From Phycisphaerae bacterium (lineage in GTDB: Bacteria > Planctomycetota > Phycisphaerae > UBA1845 > Fen-1342), in assembly GCA_963675745.2 (NCBI GenBank), contig CAXXWX010000002.1:1-64000 (forward strand): a stretch of DNA of 64,000 nucleotides. The letters are read 5' to 3'. The position numbers and the translations under genes are program-made. This document shows positions 19,086 to 29,154 of this stretch, one piece after another (within the stretch, counting starts at the first letter, position 1; each line of letters opens with the position of its first letter). The notes below the pieces were generated by a model. That model had not been told where the DNA came from and did not search any database. It saw only the letters and a program-made list of their open reading frames with translations.

Positions 19086-20597
19086 CAATGGTGTCCGGGA
19101 GTTTGCCGGACATCGGGTAATACCTAACATTGTCCGTACTTGCGCCCGGGGCGCGTTTCTGCTCTACTGTGGCGCATGGCCCACAAGGACACGCAACGCG
19201 AACGGACGGTGACGCCGATTCCTCGGCGGCCCGACCAGCTTGACGGTCGGCGGCTCTTCCGCCAGATCGACGAGCACCTGCGCCATCTCCACAGCTTGCC
19301 GGCCCACGGCAACCGCACCTTCTTCTACGACCAACTCGTGGTCGCCCACCTGCTGGCCTTCTTCAACCCCGTGCTGCACAGCCTCCGCCGTATCGAAGAC
19401 GCCTTCGACCTGCCCAGCGTGCGACGCCTCTTCGGTATCCACGCCGCCGCCAAAAGCACCGTCGCCGACGCCCAACGCCTCTTCGATCCGCAACGGTTGC
19501 AGCCGATTTTCGAGGACCTCAAGCACCGCGCCAACATCCAGCCGCACGACGCCCGCCTCGACCAACTCACCCGGGAACTGATCGCCGTCGACGGCACGTT
19601 CTTCAACGTCGCCAGCCGCATCCCCTGGGCCCTCTACAACCGCAAGTCCGCCGGCGACGCGCCCAAGAAGACCGGCCGCCGCGGAAAGACCACCCGCGGC
19701 AACGTGCGCGCCCACGTGCATTTCGACATCCTGCGCGGCGTGCCGGAGCACTTCACGCTCACCGGCGGAACGGCTTCGGAAGGCGGGCAACTGCAAACCA
19801 GTCTGCGGCCCGAACACTGTTACGTGCTCGACCGCGGCTTTCAGTCTTACCACCTGCTGGGCGACATCATTCAGGCCGACAGCGATTTCGTGGTGCGGCT
19901 GCGGAAGAGCGCCCGCTGCGAAGTGCTTGAGCCGCGCGGGCTGACCGCCGCCGACCTGGCCGCCGGCGTGCAGAGCGACACGCTGGTGCGAGTCGGCTGG
20001 CGGACCGAGCGCACGGCGGAGTTGCCGCCCTTGCGGCGGGTGGCGGTGAGTGTGGCCGACAAGGACGAACCGCTGGTGCTGTTGACCAGTTGCGTAGACC
20101 TGCCGGCGGAGCTGATCGCGTTGATCTACAAGCATCGCTGGCAGGTTGAGCTGTTTTCCGCTGGTTGAAGTGCATGGCGCACCTGGAGCACTTTTATTCC
20201 GAGTCGCCGCAGGGCATGACGCTGCAGCTTTACGTGACGCTGATCGCGACGTTGCTGATCGCGCTGGAGACCGGGGCGCGTCCCGAGCGTGTATGACTTT
20301 TCGTTGATGAGCATGGTGATGAACGGCATGGCCCCGCTGGAAGAGGCCCTGGCCGTGGCGGCCAAACGCCGCACCGAGCGCGAGCGTGCCGCCCGGCGGC
20401 GACGTGAAAAGGCGGCGCAAAAAAGCAGCGACTAGGCCCCCGCGCCGGTCCGCGCTCCGGACCAGCGCGGCCCGGAGTATGCGCCCCAGGCGCTCGCCGC
20501 GGCGCTACGCCACGTCGTCGCCCCTTCCATGTTCGCGTCAATCTCACCACAATGCACTCAATCTACGCGCCCAGAAAGCAGGTCCCGGACACCATTG
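19086..20597 (+). mobile_element. IS4-family insertion sequence (1512 bp)
   Basis: Perfect 15-bp terminal inverted repeats CAATGGTGTCCGGGA / TCCCGGACACCATTG; 9-bp target duplication GTTGAAAAC / GTTAAAAAC with 1 mismatch; internal DDE transposase. Confidence 0.92.
19176..20435 (+). pseudogene. IS4-family DDE transposase with two compensating frameshifts (possibly assembly errors)
   Basis: IAVDGT, YVLDRGF and YKHRWQVELF(F)RWLK (YREK signature). One T missing at 20154-20157 and one extra C at 20282-20284; correcting both gives a 419-aa ORF. Confidence 0.85.
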
Positions 20598-20647
20598 GTT
20601 AAAAACCGGTGCCACAGGGAACCGGTGCCACAAGGAACTGGTCTGCA

Positions 20648-21536
20648 CTATCCCGCGCCGTCCTCAATGCCGAAACTCAACAGCGAGCGCTGATCCACCG
20701 GCTCGGCGCAAACATATCCCACAACGTCCGTGTGGCGCCGGCAGTACTGCTCGATCTCATCCGCCGCCATCACCATGAATGCGGTCGAGAGGGCGTCGGC
20801 CAGTGCCGCGGTTGGGGCGAGCGCCCAGGCACCGCGCCAACGCCCGGCGGCGGTGCCGCTGCGCGGGTCGAGGATGTGGGCGCCGTGCAGCGCGACGCCG
20901 GACCCGCTGAACGCGCGGTCGCGCAACACGAGCTTTCGCAGCACGGTGGTCTGGTCCAACGGACTGCGGATCGCCACCGACCAGCCCGCTTGTCCGCGCG
21001 GCGCACCGAGCGCATACACCGTGCTCTGGCCGGCCGTGCGCGAGCATGGCGTCGATGCCCCATTCACGGGCCATCTCGATTACGCGGTCAACCGCGTAGC
21101 CCTTGCCGATGCCACCCAAATCGACCGCCGCGCCGGCCACAAGCTTGCAGGCGGTTCGCGTGGCGCGGTCAATCGCCAGCGGCGCTCGGCCCTGCCCGGT
21201 GCCCAGCGTAACGTCGAATGCGCCGTGTGTGTCGTCAAAAACCCGAGCTGCCAGTTCGAGACACTCGAGCGCCTCGATGCCGATCGGCAGCTTTGCCCCC
21301 ACGCCGGCGGCATTGATCCGCGCCACATCGCTGCCGGGTATGAACCGGCTGAGCTCGTTCTCCAGCCGATCGACCTCGTCGAACAGGTCGCGCGCCAGGT
21401 GCTCCGCGGTGGCCGCGGTCTGCCCCACCACGATCAGGCCCCACTCGCAGGCCATCGCGTCGTGTGCAAAGCGCATCAGCGGGCCGCCGGACACATCCGG
21501 AGTATCCAACGGCGCGTGTTCGTCGCCGACATTCAC
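20648..21536 (-). CDS. apbE: FAD:protein FMN transferase (ApbE), split by a frameshift near 21032
   Basis: AM.C, LSRF, GAFDVT and DLGGIGKGYAVD in one frame; GQSTV, SGSG, HILDPRSG and ADALSTA in another. Confidence 0.85.
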
Positions 21537-23311
21537 TGGCGCTGTCCCTCGCGCTCGACAAACCGGTCCCAGGTGGCTTGATCAACGTAGACGGCCAGCC
21601 GCTCCCCCGGCCGCAGTGCGTATGACTGGCCGAAGACATAGCGCTCGGCCAGGCGTCGCTCGAGCTCCTCGCGCACGCCATCATCCGCGACTATCACCGG
21701 AGCGTCGAGCATTTCAGGGACCCGCTCCCAATAGCCCACACGACCGAGACGCCGCAAATACCACGGCAGCGGCCAGGGGTTTTCCGAGATGACCTGAACC
21801 AGCATGTCACCGTTATCTGGATGCGCGGCCGCCAGGCGCTCTACCCACTCGCCGAGCAGCACGGCGCTGCGCAGCGGATGTGAGTAGACGTACGGATTAC
21901 GCGTGTCAGTGGCGAAGCGCGTATTCGCCTGCCACGCCTGCCAACCAAGATGCCCGACCGCGACGACCAACACGCCGATGGCGAGCAGCCGCGGCACCGG
22001 TCGCCTCAGCACCTCCCAGACCCATGCCGCCCCCACACCCGCCAACAGGATCATCCCGTGCAGGAACCCCAACATGCTCCACGGCGTCTTATAGGGAATC
22101 AGCGTGTAAGCCAGCGTCAGCAGCACCGTGTAGATGACCAGGAAACGCACGAGCCCGCCACAACCACCTGCGTTGTGATCATCGGCCACCGCATCCCCTG
22201 TAACGGCCGGCGCCCCACCCGCCGCGGGACCCGTCGCACGACCTGACACGTCCCCTACCGCCGACGCACCTGTAACGGCCGGCGCCCCGCCGGCCGTCGA
22301 TCGCCGAGACGGCGGCGCTCCCCGCCAACCGCGTGCCACGCCGACCACCACCCCGATTGCCGCCAGCAGCAGGATGACCCCCTCACTCCACCACGGGCCG
22401 GGCGCATCGTGAAACAACACCAACCGCCGCAAATAGAAGTTCCACGGGTGAACATGCGTGTCCGCGCCGCCGGCACGGCTGAAGTATGTCAGATAGGTGC
22501 GCACCGAGTCGAACGGTCCCGACAGGTTTGTGAAAAACCCGGACATCAGCGTCACGGACACGGCGACAGCCACCGCGAGCGCGCCGGCCAGTACCACCGG
22601 TTGGAAACCGGTGCCACATACTTCATCCCGCCGCGTGCCACACACTTTGTCCAGCCGTGTGCCACGGCTCTGTGAGCCGTGTTTTTCGTCCGCTGCGCCA
22701 GCACGGCTCACAGAGCCGTGGCACACCGTGGCGACAGCGAGCGCCGCGGCGAGCGCGCCATAGGCGATGATGCACGTTTCCTTGGTTGCGTGCATCAGCC
22801 CGAGGGCGGCCCCGGCCGCCAGGGCCCAGCCGGCGCGTCTTGAGCGCACATAACGCCAGCCGAAGGCAATCGCCGCGAACGTGAAAAAGACCAGCAGCGT
22901 TTCCTGGATGTAGTATCGGCTGTAAAACACCATCGCCGGCGAGACGGCGGTGAGCACCGCCGTGCAGATGACGGCGGTCCGCCCCAACCCGTCAACAACC
23001 AGCAATAGCAGCAGGATCAGCCCGACGCCGAAGAGTACCGGAACCAGGCGAAACGTAGCCTCGCCGGTCTCGGAGAAATCGCCTACGCCGCTAAGCCAGG
23101 CTATCGGCAGCGCGCAATAGTAAAGCGTCGGCCCATGGAATTCGTGTGGGTCGTAGGTGTAGGTGCCGGTTTCCCAGAGGATCTGGAACTTCGCCGCGTG
23201 TACGGCCTCGTCGCCGTGCATCGGGCGCTCGCCAAGCCCGACGAGCCGCGACGCCAATGCGAGCAGCGCCACCAGACAGACCAGTGCGACGAATGTTCGC
23301 GAACGGGTCAT
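21533..23311 (-). CDS. GT-C fold membrane glycosyltransferase (ArnT/PMT-like, TIGR03663/Agl23-like) containing in-frame REP insertions
   Basis: MHGDEAVH, YDPHEFHGPTLYY, SPAMVFYSRYYIQE, ATKE, IPYKTPW, WPLPWYLR; many transmembrane segments. Confidence 0.85.
   Translation of the reverse strand: MTRSRTFVALVCLVALLALASRLVGLGERPMHGDEAVHAAKFQILWETGTYTYDPHEFHGPTLYYCALPIAWLSGVGDFSETGEATFRLVPVLFGVGLILLLLLVVDGLGRTAVICTAVLTAVSPAMVFYSRYYIQETLLVFFTFAAIAFGWRYVRSRRAGWALAAGAALGLMHATKETCIIAYGALAAALAVATVCHGSVSRAGAADEKHGSQSRGTRLDKVCGTRRDEVCGTGFQPVVLAGALAVAVAVSVTLMSGFFTNLSGPFDSVRTYLTYFSRAGGADTHVHPWNFYLRRLVLFHDAPGPWWSEGVILLLAAIGVVVGVARGWRGAPPSRRSTAGGAPAVTGASAVGDVSGRATGPAAGGAPAVTGDAVADDHNAGGCGGLVRFLVIYTVLLTLAYTLIPYKTPWSMLGFLHGMILLAGVGAAWVWEVLRRPVPRLLAIGVLVVAVGHLGWQAWQANTRFATDTRNPYVYSHPLRSAVLLGEWVERLAAAHPDNGDMLVQVISENPWPLPWYLRRLGRVGYWERVPEMLDAPVIVADDGVREELERRLAERYVFGQSYALRPGERLAVYVDQATWDRFVEREGQRQ
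22198..22296. repeat. Two direct REP copies inside the GT-C gene
   Basis: CTGTAACGGCCGGCGCCCC...GCCG at 22198-22224 and 22270-22296; each encodes AGGAPAVTG. Confidence 0.8.
22595..22726. repeat. REP plus inverted REP doublet inside the GT-C gene
   Basis: CACCGGTTGGAAACCGGTGCCACA (22595-22618); GTGTGCCACGGCTCTGTGAGCCGTG (22657-22681) and its inverted copy (22702-22726). Confidence 0.85.
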
Positions 23312-24084
23312 TTCACCGGCAGGCCGAAGACCTCCACCTCGGTGTAGTGGTTCATGTCGTCATCGATGTTGCCCTGGCTGTAGAGCCGCACGTAGCGCGC
23401 CACCACGCCTTTGGTGTCGAGCAGCTTGCCCTCAAACGTGTCCCAGTATTCCTTGCTCTCACCGATGCCGAGGCCGGCCGAGTTATCGTGGTCGTTGCTG
23501 TAGAGTGTGCGGACGTTCTCGATGAAGTCTTCGTCATCGGCCACCTGGACGACCACGTCGTGATAGACGCGCGCGTTCATGTGGTAGTGCCAGATCAGCA
23601 GCGCGTGGATGGCGTACTTGCCGCCCAGGTCGATCTGCACCCATTGCACGCCCGGGCCCAGTTCGACGTACGCGCCGGCGTTGGCTTCGGCGTCGCCGTC
23701 AGTGACCAGCTTCAGCTCGCCGATGATCGGCTCACTGTCGCTGCTGGTCACGGGGCGGCCCTTGGAGATGTTCCTCACACCCTTGGGCACGATCAGTGGC
23801 GGGCGCGGCCCCTTGCGCGGCTTTTCGAGGCGCGTGCCGGCCGGAACGTGTTTGGGCGTGCCCTTGAACGCCGGCTTGGGCAGCTTGATCTCGAGCGGGA
23901 CGCCTTTTTTCTCGTCGGCAGCCTTTTTCTCCGCCGCCGCTTTCTGTTTGGCTTCCTGCTTGGCCGCCACCGGCGGCTTGTTCGGCTTGGCATCGTCATC
24001 GGCCAGCGTCAACTGAGCGGCCACAAACGCCACCACGCAGGCGGCCAATATCAATCCCCCACTCTTCGTCTTACATGGAAACAT
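23308..24084 (-). CDS. Secreted discoidin / F5/8 type C (CBM32-like) domain protein
   Basis: Signal peptide, Lys/Ala-rich linker, NISKGRPVTSS, VTDGD, WVQIDLG, ARYVRL, EVEVFG. Start re-called at ATG 24084 (GAAGGA RBS). Confidence 0.8.
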   Translation of the reverse strand: MFPCKTKSGGLILAACVVAFVAAQLTLADDDAKPNKPPVAAKQEAKQKAAAEKKAADEKKGVPLEIKLPKPAFKGTPKHVPAGTRLEKPRKGPRPPLIVPKGVRNISKGRPVTSSDSEPIIGELKLVTDGDAEANAGAYVELGPGVQWVQIDLGGKYAIHALLIWHYHMNARVYHDVVVQVADDEDFIENVRTLYSNDHDNSAGLGIGESKEYWDTFEGKLLDTKGVVARYVRLYSQGNIDDDMNHYTEVEVFGLPVK

Positions 24085-26821
24085 CTGTGATCTTCCTTCG
24101 ATTGAGCCTGGCCCGCCACGATACAAGCGTGTGCGCGGCCATGATTGCCACCAGGACCAAACCGCTGTAGCGATGTACGAGCAGAAGTGTGGACTGCCCT
24201 TGATATCCCACCAGCGGCAACATCGCAATCAGCATGGTACCCCCTGACACGATTCCTGCCGCCAGCATTGTCCAAAACAGGACCTTTTGCGCCGCTATGT
24301 AGCCCGATGGCTCCCCACGCCGGCAGCGTGCGGCCCAGGCCACCGCCGCGACGGCCAAACCCACGAGGAATAGCGGGGCGAAACCCATGTGTACTATCAG
24401 CAGTGATCCGCCGACGTGCCCGTAGCCCAGAAACCCGAGCAGACCGGTGGCCGCCAGCAACAATGCCCCCAGAGTAACAACAATGTGCACCAGCGTCTCG
24501 AATTTCGTCAGAGCGGGAGATACCGGCGGCGCGGGGCCGGGCTCGACAACCGGCATCACCGCTGTGTGAAAACCGGTGATCAGAATGCCGGCGACGACAA
24601 GCAGGCATATCCAACCAAAACACTTGAACGCCGGCCGCAACGGAAACACCAGCGCGAGAACCTTAAATTCGCCAAATTCCTCGCTGTCGCCGCGCAGGAC
24701 AAACGTTGCCGCATCAAATCCGTCGAGTGGCACCGTTGCGGTGTGCAACGGCGTCTCCGTGTGGCAATCGGCGCAGCCGCCGGCGCCCAGCGCCGATGGC
24801 GCCGGACGAACATCGTGCGCCAGCGCCCACGTGTACGCGTGCGGCAAGCTTTGTTTTTCGTGCAACTCGACGAACCGATGCGGGGCTATTCGCTGTTTCG
24901 CGTCGAACAGGAACACCGGCTCGTAGATGGCCGGCGGGTTGTCGGCATGGCGTTCGCGTGACGACTCACCCAGACGGTGCGCCAGCGAGGTTTGCACACG
25001 CCGCGCCGCGCGCCCCGGATACGGCCCCGAGTGACACGCCGTGCAACTCAGCTTCTCAAAGTGGATCGGCGGTAGGCCGCGGTGCTGGGGATGCGGTGCG
25101 CCGTAATGACCGCCGCGCGCCAAAACCGGGTCGTCAGCGCCATCGACACCAAGGTGACAGCCTTTGCACGTGTACGCCGCCGCCATTGGGTTGGCATGGC
25201 TCTGCGCGCCGGCCTCATCTCCGCCCATGATGTCGTGGTCGATGCCGTTTCGGTGGCAATCAACGCACGTCAGGCCGGCGGCCAGATGCACGTCGCCGGT
25301 TAGCTGCTCGCGCGGCACAAGCCGGCTGCCATCCGGTTCGACCGGCCGCGTCGTGTGGCAGAAATAGCAGCGCTGCGGCGGCGGGCGGCGCGTGATCTCG
25401 AACAGCACGCGGTCGTCGGCGTCGAAGCGCGATTCGTCGTATATCACGGTCGGCGGGGCCTGGTCGGGCCGATCGGGATTGACGCCCATGTACGGATCCC
25501 AATCATCCGGCATGTTCTTGGCTTCGCCGCGGATGACCGCCAATCCGAGGGCCGCCGTCGCCGCCCACTTGAAGTTCTCTTTCTCGATCTGGCGCCCGGC
25601 CTCGGCGGGGTCGTGGCGGGGACCGGTGCTGTGGCAGAACATGCAGTCGATTTCGAGCGGGCCGGATATTGCCCAGCGCAGCGCTTCGGACGAATCATCG
25701 ATCGCTTGCTGGCCCGGATTGCCAATCCCGCCGCCGGGAATGTACGCGCCGAATCGTTTGACGAACTCCCAGCGCGTCAAGCCGGCATCGCTGAATGAAG
25801 TTACGCCGGGCCACTTGCGAGCGGAGACGGGGATCTGTGTGCCGGTTTGCTCATCGGTGATGATCCACGGCTCACCCGGCAGACCTGGGGCAACATCCGG
25901 GTCGAGCGCGTTGAAATGCCAACCGTGCTGGATCGCGCCGACCGGGTGGCATTTCCCACATGTTCGGAGCGGCGAATACGGCACGGCGGGGACATCGGCC
26001 GGGTCGATCGCCTGACCGTCATGGTCGTACAGCGTGATGCGGTGGACGTACGGCGCGCGGCTGTCCGACTCGAGCAGCTCGACTTCGTCAGCGACCGCAA
26101 ACGCCGTGCCCAGCACTGCGACGATCAGCGCCGGCACCCAGCCAAGCCGCCACTGTCGTGTGCCACTGCTCTTGGGCAGTGGTCGTCCCGACGCGACAGC
26201 GCACTGCTCAACCAACGCGGCGTGCTGCCTCCGCCCCTTCGGGGCGGGCCATTTGGTGGGGGCGCCTTCTGTCCACGGGTTGCGCTGCGCTCCACCCGTG
26301 GCTACGCGCCCGCGCCCCTGCGGGGCGATCCGTCGCGCGCGCCCCTGCGGGGCGATCAGTTGTGTGCGTTGCTGCGGCGCCATCAGGCCCCCCTGTGGGG
26401 CGATCTGTCGTGTGCGTTGCTGCGGCGCCATCAGGCGCCCGTGCGGGGCGATCGATCGCTCGCGTTCCTGAGGGACGATCTGTTGTGTGCCACTGCTCTT
26501 GAGCAGTGCTCCTCCCGACCCGACAATACACTGCTCAGGAGCAGTGGCATGCGCGCAGTGGTCGAGAGCAGTGGCATATCCCTTTACAGAAGCGCGGCTC
26601 ATAGAGCCGTGGTACACTGGAACGGCATGGCTCATAGAGCCGTGGTACACTGGAACGGCACGGCTCATAGAGCCTTGGCACGCCGGACGGCGGTCTGGCG
26701 TGGTGTGTAACGGCCGGCGCCCCGCCGGCCGCCGAACGTCGTGTGCACGATCCGCTCCGACGGCCTGCGAGGCGCAGGCCGCTACAGTTTCTCGGCCGGC
26801 CAAATCCGTCATGCGCGACAC
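24071..26821 (-). CDS. Heptaheme c-type cytochrome with a C-terminal cytochrome-b-like membrane domain; 5' region is a REP mosaic and the start is uncertain
   Basis: Seven CxxCH (CGKCH, CMFCH, CYFCH, CVDCH, CKGCH, CTACH, CADCH); signal-like WVPALIVAVLGTAFAVA at about aa 228-244; His-containing C-terminal transmembrane helices. Confidence 0.85.
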   Translation of the reverse strand: MSRMTDLAGRETVAACASQAVGADRAHDVRRPAGRRPLHTTPDRRPACQGSMSRAVPVYHGSMSHAVPVYHGSMSRASVKGYATALDHCAHATAPEQCIVGSGGALLKSSGTQQIVPQERERSIAPHGRLMAPQQRTRQIAPQGGLMAPQQRTQLIAPQGRARRIAPQGRGRVATGGAQRNPWTEGAPTKWPAPKGRRQHAALVEQCAVASGRPLPKSSGTRQWRLGWVPALIVAVLGTAFAVADEVELLESDSRAPYVHRITLYDHDGQAIDPADVPAVPYSPLRTCGKCHPVGAIQHGWHFNALDPDVAPGLPGEPWIITDEQTGTQIPVSARKWPGVTSFSDAGLTRWEFVKRFGAYIPGGGIGNPGQQAIDDSSEALRWAISGPLEIDCMFCHSTGPRHDPAEAGRQIEKENFKWAATAALGLAVIRGEAKNMPDDWDPYMGVNPDRPDQAPPTVIYDESRFDADDRVLFEITRRPPPQRCYFCHTTRPVEPDGSRLVPREQLTGDVHLAAGLTCVDCHRNGIDHDIMGGDEAGAQSHANPMAAAYTCKGCHLGVDGADDPVLARGGHYGAPHPQHRGLPPIHFEKLSCTACHSGPYPGRAARRVQTSLAHRLGESSRERHADNPPAIYEPVFLFDAKQRIAPHRFVELHEKQSLPHAYTWALAHDVRPAPSALGAGGCADCHTETPLHTATVPLDGFDAATFVLRGDSEEFGEFKVLALVFPLRPAFKCFGWICLLVVAGILITGFHTAVMPVVEPGPAPPVSPALTKFETLVHIVVTLGALLLAATGLLGFLGYGHVGGSLLIVHMGFAPLFLVGLAVAAVAWAARCRRGEPSGYIAAQKVLFWTMLAAGIVSGGTMLIAMLPLVGYQGQSTLLLVHRYSGLVLVAIMAAHTLVSWRARLNRRKITDVSM
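26158..26787. repeat. Stacked mosaic of REP-like palindromes and tandem duplications
   Basis: GTGCCACTGCTCTTG(A/G)GCAGTG copies; CGCCCCTTCGGGGCG..CCACGGG..CCCGTGGCTAC..CGCCCCTGCGGGGCG; a 57-bp unit twice; a 33-bp GGCTCATAGAGCCGTGGTACACTGGAACGGCA unit about three times; a GTAA/GTAG-CGGCC doublet at 26707-26786. Confidence 0.85.
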
Positions 26822-26824
26822 TAT

Positions 26825-28183
26825 CTACACCTTGTACGCGTCCGGCTTGATCTCAATCCGGCGTTGGGCCTCGACGGCGTCATTGGCCGCAAATACGGCG
26901 ACGGCGGTCTCGTAGGCAACTTCCGGCGGGCACGACAGTGGCGTGCCCTTGCGGATCGCGTTGAAGAAGTTCTCCAGGTGCAACTGGTGGATCGGCTTCT
27001 TGATCTCGGCCAGCATCTGCTCGGCCTCGGCGGTCCGCGTGCCATCGGGCGCCAAAGTCTCGCCGACCTTCAGCTCAATCGCGTCGCGCCCCATCGACTC
27101 GATTTTCTCCGACTCGTCCTCCCACTGACGTGTCTTGGCGTGTACCTCGCGATAGAGCAGTCCTTTACGCGGGTCTTCCGAGATCACCATCGAGCCTTCG
27201 TCGCCCATGAATGTCTCAAAGAAACCGCCGTGGCTGGTCGTATTCAGCACCTGGTACATACCGCGGACCAGCCCCGCCTCGGCCGGAAACTCGTAGATCG
27301 CCATCACGTTGTCGTACCACTCGCGGCCGGGCTTCTGGTAATAGTCGAGGCCGCCATCAGCGAGCACGGCTTTGGGCTGACACTTGAGGAACCAGCCGAA
27401 CACGTCGACCTGGTGCGAGCCGAGGTCGGCCATCGCACCGCCCGAGAACTTGCGATACCAGCGCCAGTTACAGAACTGGTCCATGTCCTCGTAGCCATAG
27501 CGCTGAAGCGCGTCGGCGTCGAGCTCTTTGCCGGGTGGCCAGCCGCGCTCGAGCAACTGGGCCCGGTTCCACTGACCGTAGACGTGCGTGACCCTCCCGA
27601 GCACCTTGTCCTTCTCGATCAGCTTGAGCGCGTGCCAGTAACGCGGGTTGCTGCGGCGTTGGTGACCGATCTGCAACAGCTTGCCGGTGTCGCGAGCGGT
27701 CTCCACCATCTGCTGCGCGCCGGCGAGCGTGTTCGACATCTCTTTTTCGCAGTAGACGTGCTTGCCGGCCTTGAGGCAGGCAACCGTCTGCTCGGCGTGT
27801 ACGTGGTCGGGTGAGGCGATTATCACGGCGTCGAGCTGCGGCTCCTTGTCGAGCATCTCGCGATAATCTTCATAGACGCTCACCGGCTGATCGTACTTTT
27901 TCAGAATATTCTGCGCGTACTTCTGGTGATAGGGCCAGATGTCGCTCACCGCGACGAAGCGGATACCCGGGATCTTGAGCGCCTTGGTCAGCAGATTGCG
28001 GCCCTGGCTGCCGGGGCCGATGATGGCGATGGCCAATTCATCGACCTTCTCGCTGTCAGTCGCATCCTGGGCCCACGCGGGCAGGCCCATCATGATGCCC
28101 GCTCCGGCCACGGTTGCCGAACGGACGAATGCTCGCCGAGTGATCCCCAGCGTGTTTTCGGGTTTTTGTATTTCACTGCTCAT
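26825..28183 (-). CDS. Tat-exported Gfo/Idh/MocA family oxidoreductase
   Basis: ITRRAFV twin-arginine signal, IIGPGSQG, ASPDHVH, HVYCEKEM, QIGHQRR, WRWY...GG..ADLGSH. Confidence 0.92.
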   Translation of the reverse strand: MSSEIQKPENTLGITRRAFVRSATVAGAGIMMGLPAWAQDATDSEKVDELAIAIIGPGSQGRNLLTKALKIPGIRFVAVSDIWPYHQKYAQNILKKYDQPVSVYEDYREMLDKEPQLDAVIIASPDHVHAEQTVACLKAGKHVYCEKEMSNTLAGAQQMVETARDTGKLLQIGHQRRSNPRYWHALKLIEKDKVLGRVTHVYGQWNRAQLLERGWPPGKELDADALQRYGYEDMDQFCNWRWYRKFSGGAMADLGSHQVDVFGWFLKCQPKAVLADGGLDYYQKPGREWYDNVMAIYEFPAEAGLVRGMYQVLNTTSHGGFFETFMGDEGSMVISEDPRKGLLYREVHAKTRQWEDESEKIESMGRDAIELKVGETLAPDGTRTAEAEQMLAEIKKPIHQLHLENFFNAIRKGTPLSCPPEVAYETAVAVFAANDAVEAQRRIEIKPDAYKV

Positions 28184-28389
28184 CGGTCACCTCGTGTAAC
28201 CAGCCTCGCCGACTCCCCCTGCACTGGGCTGCGAATTGTCCACTCTAGCAGTTTGGTCCGCGCGCCGTCAAATGGATTCGCGGGCGATGCTCAAGCGCCC
28301 CGGTTTGTCATGGTCACGGCCCGCCGCTATCGTGCGAATGCGTTGTGGCACGGGCGGAACCCGGCACAAGCGCGACGGCCCTGGAAACT

Positions 28390-29154
28390 ATGACCGACAG
28401 CCCCTCCCTACCAACATCGTCAGGCTTGTCGCTGTCAATTGTCATCCCGGCTCACAACGAGGCCAGCCGCCTCGGCCCGACACTGGATCGGATCGGCGAG
28501 TATCTGGCGGCCGCGGGCCACCGCGCCGAGACCATCGTCGTCGATGACGGCAGCCGGGATGAAACGGCGGAGATCGCGCGCGGCCACGATCGGCCGGGGC
28601 CACCGGTGCGGGTCATCATAACGCCGGCCAACCGGGGCAAGGGGCACGCCGTCCGCACGGGTGTGCTCGCCGCCGGCGGTGACGTGATCCTGATGTGCGA
28701 TGCGGATCTTTCCGCCCCGATCGAGGAACTCGAGAAGCTGCTGCCGTGGCTCGATCGCGATTGCGACATCGTGATCGGCTCGCGAGACATGCCCGACTCG
28801 GTCGTTAATCCCGCGCAACCGCCCCTGCGCCGCTGGCTGGCAGCCGGCTTTCGCTGGCTTCGCCGGCGGGTGCTGCTGCCGGATCTGCGCGACACGCAGT
28901 GCGGCTTCAAATGCTTCCGCCGTCAGGTCGCCCGTGAGGTGCTCAGGCAGCAGCAGGTGGACGGCTGGCTCTTCGACTGCGAAGTGCTGGCAATCGCGCG
29001 GCACCTGGGGTATCGGGTGAAGGAGGTGGGCATCGTGTGGCGCGACAACCGGCACAGCCGCGTCAAGCCTCTGCGCGTGGCGTGGGGCGCGCTGCCGACG
29101 CTGCTGCGCATCCGCCGCCGCCTGCGACACATACGACACAGTCAAACACCCTGA
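28390..29154 (+). CDS. GT2 polyprenyl/dolichyl-phosphate glycosyltransferase
   Basis: SIVIPAHNE, VDDGSRD, NRGKG, DAD, DTQCGFK, FDCE. Confidence 0.9.
   Translation: MTDSPSLPTSSGLSLSIVIPAHNEASRLGPTLDRIGEYLAAAGHRAETIVVDDGSRDETAEIARGHDRPGPPVRVIITPANRGKGHAVRTGVLAAGGDVILMCDADLSAPIEELEKLLPWLDRDCDIVIGSRDMPDSVVNPAQPPLRRWLAAGFRWLRRRVLLPDLRDTQCGFKCFRRQVAREVLRQQQVDGWLFDCEVLAIARHLGYRVKEVGIVWRDNRHSRVKPLRVAWGALPTLLRIRRRLRHIRHSQTP

Noticed and set aside
20150..20290. Programmed frameshifting in the IS4 transposase
   Set aside because: There is no slippery heptamer, IS4 transposases are normally single ORFs, and the two shifts compensate each other in short homopolymers.
22255..22285. AVTGAS in the GT-C protein as an ApbE flavinylation motif
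   Set aside because: It lies in REP-derived inserted sequence, lacks the upstream Asp, and has no FMN-binding domain context.
26158..26787. Repeat stack as a CRISPR array
   Set aside because: The units are heterogeneous palindromes and tandem duplications without constant repeats or unique equal-length spacers, and no cas genes are present.
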